A stretch of DNA of 64,000 nucleotides from an uncultured Chthonomonadaceae bacterium (GCA_963817895.1 CAWFQB010000010.1:150877-214876), one strand, 5' to 3'. Counted from the stretch's first letter, positions 41,016 to 50,532 are shown. A program made the numbers and translations. Notes: a model not told the origin generated them from the sequence alone.

Positions 41016-44000
41016 TCATGGCTCAGCCGAAAGGTGAATGACATCGGCAAACCAGATTTTAGCGGTTTTATCTGCGCTGGCAGTGACAAGGCGCTTGCCA
41101 TCCGGGGAGAACACTGCCGAATAGACAGCGGCAGCATGTCCTTTCAGCGTCAGGACTTCCTTCCCGGTAAAGGCGTCCCAGATTTTGGCGGTTCCATCTC
41201 CACTGGCAGTGACAAGGCGCCAGCCATCCGGGGAGAACACTGCCGAATAGACAGGAAGAGAATGCCCTTTCAAGGTGAGAAGCATTTGACCGGTAGAGAC
41301 GTCCCACACTTTGGCTGTTCCATCCCAACCGCCAGTGATAAGACGCTTGCCATCCGGGGAGAATATTGCCGTTTCAACATACGATTTATGTCCTGTAAGT
41401 GTACGAAGTTCCTGGCCGGTTGTGGCGTCCCAGATTGTGGCGCTCCCATCCCAACTGGCGGTGACAAGGCGATTGCCATCGGGGGAGAACGCTACTGTTT
41501 GTACCTTTGCGTCATGCCCTTTCAGCGTAAGAAGTTCATGACCGGTAGCGGCGTCCCAGATTTTGGCGGTTTTGTCATAACTGCCGGTCAGAACGCGTTT
41601 GCCGTCCGGGGAGAATGTTGCCGAGAGAACCTCAGCAGTGTGTCCTTTCAGCGTAAGAGATTTTTGACCGGAGGAGGCGTTCCAGATTTTGGCGGTTTTG
41701 TCGAGACTCCCGGTGACGATGTGGCTACCATCCGGGGAAAACTCCGCCGAATAGACAGCGTCATTATGTCCTTTCAGCGTCAGGACTTCTCTCCCGGTAA
41801 AGGCGTCCCAGATTTTGGCGGTGTTGTCATCACTGCTGGTAACAATACGTTCGCCATCAGGGGAGAAGGCCGCCGATTTAACGTCTTTGTTATGCCCTTT
41901 CAGAGTGAGAACCTGCTCTTGATCCGTAAAGGCGTCCCAAATTTTGGCGGTGTTGTCATAACTGCCCGTGACGATATGTTTGCCATTCGGGGAGAATGCT
42001 ACCGAATAGACTATGCCGTTATGTCCTGTAAGCGTCTGGACTACCTTACCGGTAGCAGCGTCCCAGATTTTGGCGGTTTTGTCGCTACCGCCCGTGACTA
42101 CGTACTTTCCATCCGGGGAAAATGCTGCGGAATAAAATAAAGCAAAGGGGCTTTTCAAGGTGCGAAGCACCTGACCGGAAGAGGCGTCCCAGATTTTGAC
42201 GGTTCTATCTTGACTGGCAGTGACAAGGCGCTTGCCATCCGGGGAAAACGCTGCGGAAACAAGATCCGAGGTATGCCCTTTCAGTGTACGAAGTTCTTGC
42301 CCGGAAGCAGCATCCCAAATTTTAGCGGCATGATCTCGACTGGCGGTGACAATGCGCTTGCCATCCGGGGAGAACCTGGCTTCTTGAACAACGCCTGTGT
42401 GCCCTTTGAGGGTCATAAGCTCCTGACCGGAAGCAGCATCCCAGATTTTAGCCGTGTTGTCATTACTGCCCGTCAGGAGTTGCTTGCCATCCGGGGAGAA
42501 TGCTGCCGAATTAACATCTTTGCTATGCCCTTTGAGGGTCATAAGCACCTGACCGGAAGCAGCATCCCAGATTTTGGCGGTTTTGTCGAGACTCCCGGTG
42601 ACGATGCGCTTGCCATCTGGAGAAAACGCTGCCGACATAACACCATCGTTATGCCCTTTCAACGCGCGAAGTTCCAGGCCGGAAGCAGCATCCCAGATTT
42701 TGGCGGTTTTGTCATCACTGCCAGTAACAATGCGCTTGCCATCCGGAGAAAACGCTACGGAATTAACATCTTTGCTATGTCCTTTGAGGGTGAGAAGTTC
42801 CCTGTGATAGAGATGGTTCCAGTAGCCCCACTCAAAGCCGCGATAAATGCTACTCTTCGTATCTTCTAAAATCTCCCCAACTCTTGCAAAATCGTGATTT
42901 TCATAACTGGTCTGTAACAGGTTCATGTTGACAATGTAGACCAGACGCTGAGCCGCATCGCGCTGTGCTGTTGCCTCCTGTCCGTAGTTATTGGCAACAA
43001 CCAATCTTTTTTCCGCCAACCGCGTCTGGTGGATCGCTACTCCCGCCAGCCCTCCAATGATACTCAGCACGATCCCTGCTAACGCGCCCGCCATTCCTAA
43101 ACCGCGCCGGAACGCCTGCCGCTGTCGCCGCTGTTCCGCGTCGGGCATGTGGGTTGTGGCCCACTGCCGGTCGAACACATGCGCGTAGATGCGGTTACGA
43201 ACCTGCAACGCCCCGTTCGCAACTCTGGCGACGCCGCTGAGTTTGAGAACGGCGCAAAGGGGATTGGTTTCGTCGTCGGAAACCCGCTTGCCCGCCCGCA
43301 TCCTGCCATACAGGTCGAGAAGAGCAGCAAGGTCAGCCTCGCTTTTGAGCAGGCGATTGCGCACAAAGGCCAGATTGTCGTCGGCTTCTTTCGCTTTGTG
43401 CGTCAGGAATAGTTCGCTGCACAAGCGGTCCACATCTTGATTTTCGATTGTGGATTGTGGATTGCCGCTTGACGACTCGGCAATGGCGCGACATAAGCGC
43501 TGTGTCAGGTAGGGATGCCCGCCCGTCCAGTACAGGATCCGCTCCAGTACCGGCTTGCTGCCCTTGAGCCCCTGTGCTAATGGCTCTGCTTCCACTTCGG
43601 TAAAATCCTGCAAGTCTATACGTTTGCCGATATTGAAGGGACTGAGGCGCGTGTCCTGGATCAGTTCGGCGGGCGTGGCGGTTCCGAGCAGGCAGAATGC
43701 CAGCCGCTTCAATTGCGGATTGGTGGCCCGTCCCACATAGCACTGCCGAATGGCGGCAAAGAACTCGTCCGCGCTGAACGTCAGGCTGCGCGTCACGTCT
43801 ATCTCATCCACAAACACCACTATCGGGGCGGCTGTTTTGGTCAGGGCCACTTCCTGCAAGGCTCCGAACAGGCGTTGCAAGGGGCTGAGTTCGCCCTGCG
43901 CTTTCCAGTAGGCCAGAAACTCGCTTCGCAATCCGAGTTCGCGCCCGACCTCGCTTAACAGCCCCGCGTACCACTGCTCCACGCTGAGGTTCTTGCCGCC

Positions 44001-44264
44001 GAAGCGGGTCAAATCCACGAACGCAGTGTGTACGCCCGCGTCACGCAAGCGCCCGATGGCGCGGACGCACAGGCTGGACTTGCCCATTTGCCGCGAGTTG
44101 AGGACATAGCAGTATTCCCCCGCCAGCAGGTTCGCGTACAAGTCCGTATCGGCCTGACGGGTGACGTACGAGGAGGCTTCGGGCGGCAATGTTCCGCCCG
44201 TAATGTAAAAGGAAGACGAGGCCGATGCCGCCATTTCAGGAGGTTCCACAGTGTTCAGGCTCAT
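41016..44264 (-). CDS. AAA_35 ATPase + TM + 14 WD40 repeats (paralogue)
   Basis: Same ATPase motifs; TM AGALAGIVLSIIGGLAGVAI; 14 GH...FSPDG...IWD units. Confidence 0.92.
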   Translation of the reverse strand: MSLNTVEPPEMAASASSSFYITGGTLPPEASSYVTRQADTDLYANLLAGEYCYVLNSRQMGKSSLCVRAIGRLRDAGVHTAFVDLTRFGGKNLSVEQWYAGLLSEVGRELGLRSEFLAYWKAQGELSPLQRLFGALQEVALTKTAAPIVVFVDEIDVTRSLTFSADEFFAAIRQCYVGRATNPQLKRLAFCLLGTATPAELIQDTRLSPFNIGKRIDLQDFTEVEAEPLAQGLKGSKPVLERILYWTGGHPYLTQRLCRAIAESSSGNPQSTIENQDVDRLCSELFLTHKAKEADDNLAFVRNRLLKSEADLAALLDLYGRMRAGKRVSDDETNPLCAVLKLSGVARVANGALQVRNRIYAHVFDRQWATTHMPDAEQRRQRQAFRRGLGMAGALAGIVLSIIGGLAGVAIHQTRLAEKRLVVANNYGQEATAQRDAAQRLVYIVNMNLLQTSYENHDFARVGEILEDTKSSIYRGFEWGYWNHLYHRELLTLKGHSKDVNSVAFSPDGKRIVTGSDDKTAKIWDAASGLELRALKGHNDGVMSAAFSPDGKRIVTGSLDKTAKIWDAASGQVLMTLKGHSKDVNSAAFSPDGKQLLTGSNDNTAKIWDAASGQELMTLKGHTGVVQEARFSPDGKRIVTASRDHAAKIWDAASGQELRTLKGHTSDLVSAAFSPDGKRLVTASQDRTVKIWDASSGQVLRTLKSPFALFYSAAFSPDGKYVVTGGSDKTAKIWDAATGKVVQTLTGHNGIVYSVAFSPNGKHIVTGSYDNTAKIWDAFTDQEQVLTLKGHNKDVKSAAFSPDGERIVTSSDDNTAKIWDAFTGREVLTLKGHNDAVYSAEFSPDGSHIVTGSLDKTAKIWNASSGQKSLTLKGHTAEVLSATFSPDGKRVLTGSYDKTAKIWDAATGHELLTLKGHDAKVQTVAFSPDGNRLVTASWDGSATIWDATTGQELRTLTGHKSYVETAIFSPDGKRLITGGWDGTAKVWDVSTGQMLLTLKGHSLPVYSAVFSPDGWRLVTASGDGTAKIWDAFTGKEVLTLKGHAAAVYSAVFSPDGKRLVTASADKTAKIWFADVIHLSAEP

Positions 44265-44540
44265 GCGCGTTTGTCCTCGCGAAGCGTCCGAATGGAACGG
44301 GAGAGTTCGGTGAGAAGTATATGCCGCTATTATAGCAAAAACTCGCGCAAATACAGGCTGCTCCGTAATGAGATAAGGCACAGCGCAAGTATGAAATACG
44401 TCACATGAGCGCCTCGAACAGAATTTCTCTATCCTAATCCAACGATTACTTAATGTGGTATCCTATTCCAGTTAGCCATGCATAATAATTTGCTACAAGC
44501 GACGTTGCAGGGTCAACGCTAAGAAGCGGAACTAATTGCT

Positions 44541-44795
44541 ATGCCTACCCAAACCTATAAAGCTATAACAGATGCCAACGGCAATATTCAGTTCGCCGAT
44601 ACTGTATTCCTTCCCGCGCATACGAAGGTATACGTCATTGTCCCAGAGCAAACGATTTCCTACGCAGAGATTGTGCCGGAAACCGATAACTTGCTTCCCG
44701 CAACGATGCGCTTTCCCCTCGTTCGCGTTGTGGAAGAGGGACTGACGAAGCGGCTGGTCAAAACCGTTCTTGAGAATGCCTGTGCCGAACTATGA
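44541..44795 (+). CDS. Small antitoxin-like protein
   Basis: TYKAITDANGNIQF...LPAHTKVYVIVP swapped-hairpin-like N-terminus; overlaps the next gene. Confidence 0.6.
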   Translation: MPTQTYKAITDANGNIQFADTVFLPAHTKVYVIVPEQTISYAEIVPETDNLLPATMRFPLVRVVEEGLTKRLVKTVLENACAEL

Positions 44796-45168
44796 CGCGA
44801 ATTTTGCCTCGTCTCCGGCTCCCGTCTCAAGGGTCACGATCAGAAATCCAATGGTGGGCAAAAGCGTCACGGGAGTTCCCTTGCTGATAGACACTGGAGC
44901 CGACGCGACACTGATTCCTCGCGCTATCCTTCCGTTTTTGGATATTTCGGAAGACGCTCTTGAGCCAACGGAATATACGCTCGTAGGTTTCGACGGCACT
45001 CGATCCCCGGCAGTGTTGGTTCCTGTCGAACTGGAGTTTTTGAGCAAACGATTGGCAGGCGAGTATCTTCTCACGGAAGCAAACTACGGCGTTCTGGGCC
45101 GGGATGTGTTGAATCTATTCCGCCTCGTTTTCGACGGTCCACATCAGGTCTGGGACGAAGCGCTGTAA
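44776..45168 (+). CDS. Retropepsin-like aspartic protease
   Basis: LLIDTGADATLIP and VLGRDVLN motifs; start uncertain. Confidence 0.8.
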   Translation: MPVPNYDANFASSPAPVSRVTIRNPMVGKSVTGVPLLIDTGADATLIPRAILPFLDISEDALEPTEYTLVGFDGTRSPAVLVPVELEFLSKRLAGEYLLTEANYGVLGRDVLNLFRLVFDGPHQVWDEAL

Positions 45169-45206
45169 TCCCATGCCTGCCGCTTGTGCCTAATACCCTC
45201 CTCTAT

Positions 45207-45252
45207 AAAAAACAGCGAAGCAGGCGCTTTGTAGGGCGTTTGCTTCGCTGTT
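45207..45252. terminator. Hairpin between convergent genes
   Basis: AACAGCGAAGCA...TGCTTCGCTGTT with a preceding A-run. Confidence 0.75.
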
Positions 45253-45306
45253 GCAAAGGTGGCGAGGCTGTTTTATGACAGTCTCGTCAGAGTTTCGCGT
45301 TATCCG

Positions 45307-46011
45307 TTAGACGGGGCGACCGGTCTTGTCGTCAATATGGTTGCCGGTGATCGTGTCGGCGGCTTTTTCCATGACGCCGCGCGTGTCGGGAGCGCCGGAA
45401 CCGTCAATGGCGTGTCCGCCCGTCTGGACACCGGGAATATTCCCCTCGACGCCGGTGTAGGTTTCGGCATGAGCGGGCATCCAACCCTCCTGCCGGTATT
45501 GTGCGCCCCGTTCGTCAATATTGATGGCGCCGGCGCTGCTCAGAACATTCGCCACGTTCATTGCCGCCGCATCTTCGGAGCGGACGGCCAGCAGCACACT
45601 GCCGCGCCGCACAGCTTCGGTATAGTGTACGGCATCTTCGTGGGGAACACCCACATGTGTCAGCGCCCCTACTAGCCCACCGATAATCGCGCCTGTTCCG
45701 GCTCCAAGTATCGTGCCGGCGAACCATCCTGCGGCAGCGATCCAGCCCAAACCGGGAATGGCAAGGCCCGTCAGTCCCACCAGGAACCCGACTCCGGCTC
45801 CCCACTCCGCGCCGACTTTGGCATCATGGCCGACCGCGTGACCAGTCATCGCCATACCGTCATCGGTTGTCGTAGTGACCGGAGCGTATGCCCCTCCCTG
45901 ATTGTTCGCGATCACACTGATGTCGTCGCGCGACACGCCGGCATTCATCAAAGACTGGGCGGCGCTCTCGGCCTGTGCGGTGTTGTCAAACGCGCCAATG
46001 ATTGTCTTCAT
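45307..46011 (-). CDS. General stress protein (17M/YflT-like) with glycine-zipper TM
   Basis: IIGAFDNTAQAESAAQSL...DDISVIA; LAIPGLG; GVPHEDAVHYTEAVRRGSVL. Confidence 0.8.
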   Translation of the reverse strand: MKTIIGAFDNTAQAESAAQSLMNAGVSRDDISVIANNQGGAYAPVTTTTDDGMAMTGHAVGHDAKVGAEWGAGVGFLVGLTGLAIPGLGWIAAAGWFAGTILGAGTGAIIGGLVGALTHVGVPHEDAVHYTEAVRRGSVLLAVRSEDAAAMNVANVLSSAGAINIDERGAQYRQEGWMPAHAETYTGVEGNIPGVQTGGHAIDGSGAPDTRGVMEKAADTITGNHIDDKTGRPV

Positions 46012-46067
46012 ATTCGTCTCCTTGCAATTCTAGTGAAAAGATAAGACTACCCTGATTTCAGGCAATG

Positions 46068-46121
46068 GACGCAAGCGGGCGGATACAAGTTCCGAAAATA
46101 TACATTTAGTTCCGAAAATAT
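46068..46121 (-). promoter_or_regulatory. ECF-type promoter GGAAC-N17-CGTC with a duplicated -35 box
   Basis: Plus-strand GACG 46068-71 and GTTCC 46089-93; direct repeat AGTTCCGAAAATAT at 46088 and 46108. Confidence 0.55.
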
Positions 46122-46347
46122 GCAAACGGGCAAACGCCCGGAGCAAAAACATATTTGCGCGCAAGGACAGCCGCCTTGACTTTTGCGACGCCGCTCCTTC
46201 TCGCTGTGCAAATTTTCACAAAAACGGCGCATTTTAAGGTATACTATGCGGGTTGACGGCGTAGCCACAGCCGTCTCTTTTGTTGCGTGTCCTCTGACGG
46301 ACGTGGAAATAGCCGGGAAAAGTCCGCCCTTCAGCGCAGCGACAACA

Positions 46348-46377
46348 TTGACAATCAAATCGGGCGTCTGATACAAT
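46348..46377 (+). promoter_or_regulatory. Sigma-70 promoter of the recG operon
   Basis: TTGACA-N18-TACAAT with extended TG. Confidence 0.7.
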
Positions 46378-46448
46378 GACGGCAATGCTGTTATAGCTTT
46401 GCGCGTTCTTGACCCTGTTGGTCTTATCTTGTTGGTTTCATTTAGCCC

Positions 46449-48560
46449 ATGCCCGACACCCAACACCCAACACCCAATACCTCCCGTCTTGACGACTCCC
46501 TGCGCCTGCTCAAAGGCGTGGGACCGGGGGCGGCGACCGCGCTGGAAAAATTGAACCTGCGTACGGTTGGCGACATTTTGCGCCATATTCCGCGCCGATG
46601 GGAAGATCGCACCAACTTTCGCAGTGTGGCCGATGTGCAGTCGGGCGAGTTCGTGACCGTGTGCGGCATTGTGATTGCGGTCAGCACGTCGTACCCGAAG
46701 CCCAAAATGGCGATTACCAAAGTGCTGATTGATGATGACGGCGCGGCATTAACGCTGACGTGGTTCAATCAAACGTATATCGAGCGGACGTTCAACGCGC
46801 TGAAGTTGTCGCGCAAGCCGATTGTCGTATACGGGCAGGCGAAGCGCGCGGGCTGGACGGTCGAAATTGCAAACCCGGAGTGGGAAGAATTGGGCGAGGA
46901 GGGCGACGCGCTGGGCGCGAACCGGATTGTTCCCATTTATCCCGCAACCGAAGGCGTCCGGCAAATCCGCCTGCGCAAACTGGTGTGGGAAGCCCTGCAA
47001 AACTACAGCGACGCGATTGACGAAACCCTGCCCGCCGATATTATTTTGCGGCATAATCTGGTGGGCGCGCGCCACGCGGCCCGCAACATCCATTTTCCCG
47101 ACAGTGAGGCCGATCTGGTGGCGTCGCGCCGCCGGTTGATTTTTGAAGAGTTTTTTCTGCTGCAAGTGCTGCTGGCCGTCCGGCGCAAAGCCAACAGCCA
47201 CGAAACACACGGCATCCATTTCGCGCTGTCGTCCGAAAAACTGAAAGCCGACCTTGCGCAAATCGTGCCGTTTCAACTGACCAAAGCGCAGCAGCGTTCC
47301 ATTGAGGAAATCGCCCGCGACGTGACCAGCGGACACGCGATGAACCGGCTTTTGCAGGGGGATGTGGGCAGCGGCAAAACAATGGTGGCGCTCGCGGCTA
47401 TTCTGATGGCGGTTGAAAACGGTTATCAGGCCGCGCTCATGGCTCCGACCGAAATTCTGGCGCAGCAACATGCTATTGTCCTGCGCCGATTGCTGGAACC
47501 GATTGGCCTTGCCGTCGAGTTGTCCATTGGCAGCCAGACGGCGAAAGAGAAGCGCGAAATTCGGGAACGCTTGCTCGGTGGGCAGTCGCGGGTTGCGGTC
47601 GGAACCCATGCCCTGATACAGGAGGGCGTGGAGTTCGCCAAACTGGGCCTTGCGATTATCGATGAACAGCACCGTTTCGGCGTCCTGCAACGACAGGCGC
47701 TTGCCCGCAAGGGACAACGCCCGCATATTCTGGTGATGACGGCAACGCCCATACCGCGCACTTTGACCCTGACGCTGTACGGCGATCTGGACGTATCCAT
47801 TCTGGACGAACTGCCGCCCGGACGCAAGCCGATTACCACGCACTGGAAAGCGCAGGACAAGCGTAATCAGGTGTACGCGGCGGCGCAAAGATTATTGAAT
47901 GAGGGGCGGCAAGTGTATGTCGTCTGCCCCCTCGTTGAAGAGAGCGAAAAACTACAGGCCAAAAGCGCGACCCAACTCAGCGAACATATCGCCAACGAGG
48001 TATTTCCGCAGTACCGCGTCGGACTGCTGCACGGGCAAATGAAGCCCGATGAAAAAGACGCGATCATGGCGCAGTTCAAAAAGCACGAACTGGATATTCT
48101 CGTTTCGACAACCGTAATCGAAGTCGGTATTGACGTGCCGAACGCCAGCGTGATTATCATTGAGGACGCGGACAGGTTCGGTTTGGCGCAGTTGCACCAG
48201 TTGCGGGGGCGCGTCGGGCGGGGACAACACGCGAGTTTTTGCATTTTGATGGCGGAACCGAAAACGGAAGATGGCCGCGCCCGTATGGAAGTGATGACCG
48301 CCACGCAGGACGGCTTCAAAATCTCCGAAGAGGATTTGAAATTGCGCGGGCCGGGCGAGTTTTACGGGACGCGGCAAAGCGGCCTGCCGGAACTCTATAT
48401 CGCCGACATTGTGCGCGACATGGACATTCTGACCGAAACCCGCGAAACCGCCTTCGCGCTCGTCGAATCCGATCCGCAATTGCGAAACCCGGAAAATCAG
48501 CCGCTACGCCGCGCCCTTGAACGCGCCAAAGTAGGTTTTGATTTAATAAATGTAAGTTGA
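46449..48560 (+). CDS. recG: ATP-dependent DNA helicase RecG
   Basis: MNRLLQGDVGSGKT, DEQHRFG, TATPIPRT, QLRGRVGRG, DLKLRGPGE. Confidence 0.97.
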   Translation: MPDTQHPTPNTSRLDDSLRLLKGVGPGAATALEKLNLRTVGDILRHIPRRWEDRTNFRSVADVQSGEFVTVCGIVIAVSTSYPKPKMAITKVLIDDDGAALTLTWFNQTYIERTFNALKLSRKPIVVYGQAKRAGWTVEIANPEWEELGEEGDALGANRIVPIYPATEGVRQIRLRKLVWEALQNYSDAIDETLPADIILRHNLVGARHAARNIHFPDSEADLVASRRRLIFEEFFLLQVLLAVRRKANSHETHGIHFALSSEKLKADLAQIVPFQLTKAQQRSIEEIARDVTSGHAMNRLLQGDVGSGKTMVALAAILMAVENGYQAALMAPTEILAQQHAIVLRRLLEPIGLAVELSIGSQTAKEKREIRERLLGGQSRVAVGTHALIQEGVEFAKLGLAIIDEQHRFGVLQRQALARKGQRPHILVMTATPIPRTLTLTLYGDLDVSILDELPPGRKPITTHWKAQDKRNQVYAAAQRLLNEGRQVYVVCPLVEESEKLQAKSATQLSEHIANEVFPQYRVGLLHGQMKPDEKDAIMAQFKKHELDILVSTTVIEVGIDVPNASVIIIEDADRFGLAQLHQLRGRVGRGQHASFCILMAEPKTEDGRARMEVMTATQDGFKISEEDLKLRGPGEFYGTRQSGLPELYIADIVRDMDILTETRETAFALVESDPQLRNPENQPLRRALERAKVGFDLINVS

Positions 48561-48567
48561 GGCCGCT

Positions 48568-49053
48568 ATGACTCGCGCAATCGTTCCGGGCAGTTTCGAT
48601 CCCGTCACAAACGGGCATCTGGATATTATCGCGGGCGCGGCGCGTATGTTTGCCGACGTGCGCGTGGTCGTGGCGCGGAACTCGTCCAAAACGCCCCTTT
48701 TCACCGTAGAAGAGCGTATGGAACTGCTGCGCGAAACATGCCGTCCTTTTGCCAATGTGCAGGTAGACTCGTTTGAGGGCCTGCTGGTGCGCTACGCCGC
48801 GTCGCAGTCCGCCACCGTGATTGTCAAGGGCTTGCGGTTTGTTTCCGATTTTGAGTATGAAATGCAGATGGCGCTGGCGAACCGGCGTCAGGATGAGACG
48901 ATACAAACCGTTTTTTTACCGGCGGGAACCGAGTACGCCGCGCTGAGTTCCAGTATCGTGAAAGAAATCGCCCGACATGGCGGAAAACTGGAAGGGTTGG
49001 TACCGAACATTGTCCAACAACGTCTCCAACAAAAATTCAATGCGCGCACCTGA
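48568..49053 (+). CDS. coaD: Pantetheine-phosphate adenylyltransferase
   Basis: PGSFDPVTNGHLDI, KGLRFVSDFEYE, SSSIVKE. Confidence 0.96.
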   Translation: MTRAIVPGSFDPVTNGHLDIIAGAARMFADVRVVVARNSSKTPLFTVEERMELLRETCRPFANVQVDSFEGLLVRYAASQSATVIVKGLRFVSDFEYEMQMALANRRQDETIQTVFLPAGTEYAALSSSIVKEIARHGGKLEGLVPNIVQQRLQQKFNART

Positions 49054-49855
49054 CACTGAATCGAATTCGGAAGTCACGGCGGTCACGAAACCTGTTGCAG
49101 TGGAAGCCGGAACTGCGCCGGGGAGTGTCCGTTCGCCAATGGACGCGCCCCGCTTCGTCGCGCCCACGCACAGCGGCGTGGACATCCTGAAGTTGCTGAC
49201 CGAACTGGAAGATCAGGTGGAAAACACGCGCAAAGGGCCGTTCAACAGCCTGCTTGGGTTCGACGATGACAAGTTCCACATGACCATTATGAAGATTCGC
49301 GCCAACCTGCCCGAGGAGATGAAGCGGGCATCGAAGCTGGCGAAGGATCAGGAACGCATTGTCGAGGAGACGCTGGCAGAAGCGGAACGCATTAAAGAGG
49401 AAGCCCGTAAAGCGGCCCTGTTAGATGTAGAGCGGGGCAAAAAAGAGTCCACCGCCCTGCGCGATCAGGGGCGGCAGGAAGCGGAGAGGGAGCGGCTGGA
49501 AGCGCAAAGCGAAGCCAAACTCCTGACAGCCGAAGCTAATACCGCCGTTGATCTGGCGCGGCAGGCGGCGGAGCGCGAAGCGCGGGAAGTCCTGACATCG
49601 GCGCGCGAACACAGCCGTCAAATCATTGACGATGCCCGCGCGCAGGCCGTTCACCTTGTTTCCGGCCACCAGATCGCGCAGCAGGCGCAGGCGCAGGCGC
49701 AGGATACGCAACTCCGCGCCGAACACGAAGCGCAGGCCGTGCGGCGCGGGGCCGATGATTACGCCCGCGATGTGCTGATGAATTTGGAAAACGTCCTGAG
49801 CCGCGCCACCCTGCAGGTGCAGCGCGGGCGGGAAATGCTGGAGAAACCAAGATGA
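49040..49855 (+). CDS. Coiled-coil protein (DivIVA/SepIVA-like family found between coaD and yceD)
   Basis: LLTELEDQV, IRANLPEEMKRA, GADDYARDVL; conserved gene context. Confidence 0.75.
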   Translation: MRAPDTESNSEVTAVTKPVAVEAGTAPGSVRSPMDAPRFVAPTHSGVDILKLLTELEDQVENTRKGPFNSLLGFDDDKFHMTIMKIRANLPEEMKRASKLAKDQERIVEETLAEAERIKEEARKAALLDVERGKKESTALRDQGRQEAERERLEAQSEAKLLTAEANTAVDLARQAAEREAREVLTSAREHSRQIIDDARAQAVHLVSGHQIAQQAQAQAQDTQLRAEHEAQAVRRGADDYARDVLMNLENVLSRATLQVQRGREMLEKPR

Positions 49856-49856
49856 A

Positions 49857-49945
49857 GGGAGTAGGGGAGTAAGGAGTGGGGAGTAGGAAATGCGCAGTCA
49901 TTTAATAGTGAGTTCCTATTCCCTGTTCCCCACTCCCTACTCCCT
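49857..49945. repeat. Inverted pair of GGGAGTA-type repeats
   Basis: GGGAGTAGGGGAGTAAGGAGTGGGGAGTAGG versus TTCCTATTCCCTGTTCCCCACTCCCTACTCCC. Confidence 0.85.
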
Positions 49946-49958
49946 CCCCGGAGGGGCC

Positions 49959-50528
49959 ATGCGCCTTGATATAACCGAACTTCTGCGTGATGTGGGAAAG
50001 ACCCTGCCTTACGACATACAGGAGCCGCCGCTCGTAGACGAAGATGTGGAGTGTACGCGCCCGATTGAGGGGCGCATTACATTCAACAACACGGGTGGAC
50101 TGTTGCTTGTGACCGGCAAAGCCAACACGAGCGTTGCCCTGCCGTGCAGCCGGTGCAGCGAATACTTCGAGCAACCGCTCGCGCTGGTCGTGGAAGAGTC
50201 GTTTGAACTGCGTCATTCCGGCGTAGGACCACGCACCACGCAAAATGTCGAAGTGATCGAAGAGGACGAAAGCCCGGTTGCGGGTAAACTGTTTGACGGC
50301 CATGTCTTCGATCTGACCGAAATGCTGCGCCAGTACATTCTGCTGGACGAACCGACCCAACCGTTGCCGCCCACGCAGCCGGATGGCCGGTGCGCCCACT
50401 GTCACCGCCGCCCGGAAGAGGTGCTGCCCACAGCGCCCGAACCCGATACGGCTCTCGATCCCACCGCGCCAACGCCCATTAATCCGGCGTTCGCCAAATT
50501 GAGTGAATTGCTGAATAAGGAGGAGTAG
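49959..50528 (+). CDS. yceD: YceD/DUF177 family protein
   Basis: LPCSRC, FDLTEMLRQYILL, NPAFAKL; directly upstream of rpmF. Confidence 0.88.
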   Translation: MRLDITELLRDVGKTLPYDIQEPPLVDEDVECTRPIEGRITFNNTGGLLLVTGKANTSVALPCSRCSEYFEQPLALVVEESFELRHSGVGPRTTQNVEVIEEDESPVAGKLFDGHVFDLTEMLRQYILLDEPTQPLPPTQPDGRCAHCHRRPEEVLPTAPEPDTALDPTAPTPINPAFAKLSELLNKEE

Positions 50529-50532
50529 GTGT

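Noticed and set aside
37580..42800. 126-nt periodic repeats as a CRISPR array or DGR template
   Set aside because: They are in-frame WD40 coding repeats with no spacers, cas or RT genes, and no adenine-specific variation was evident
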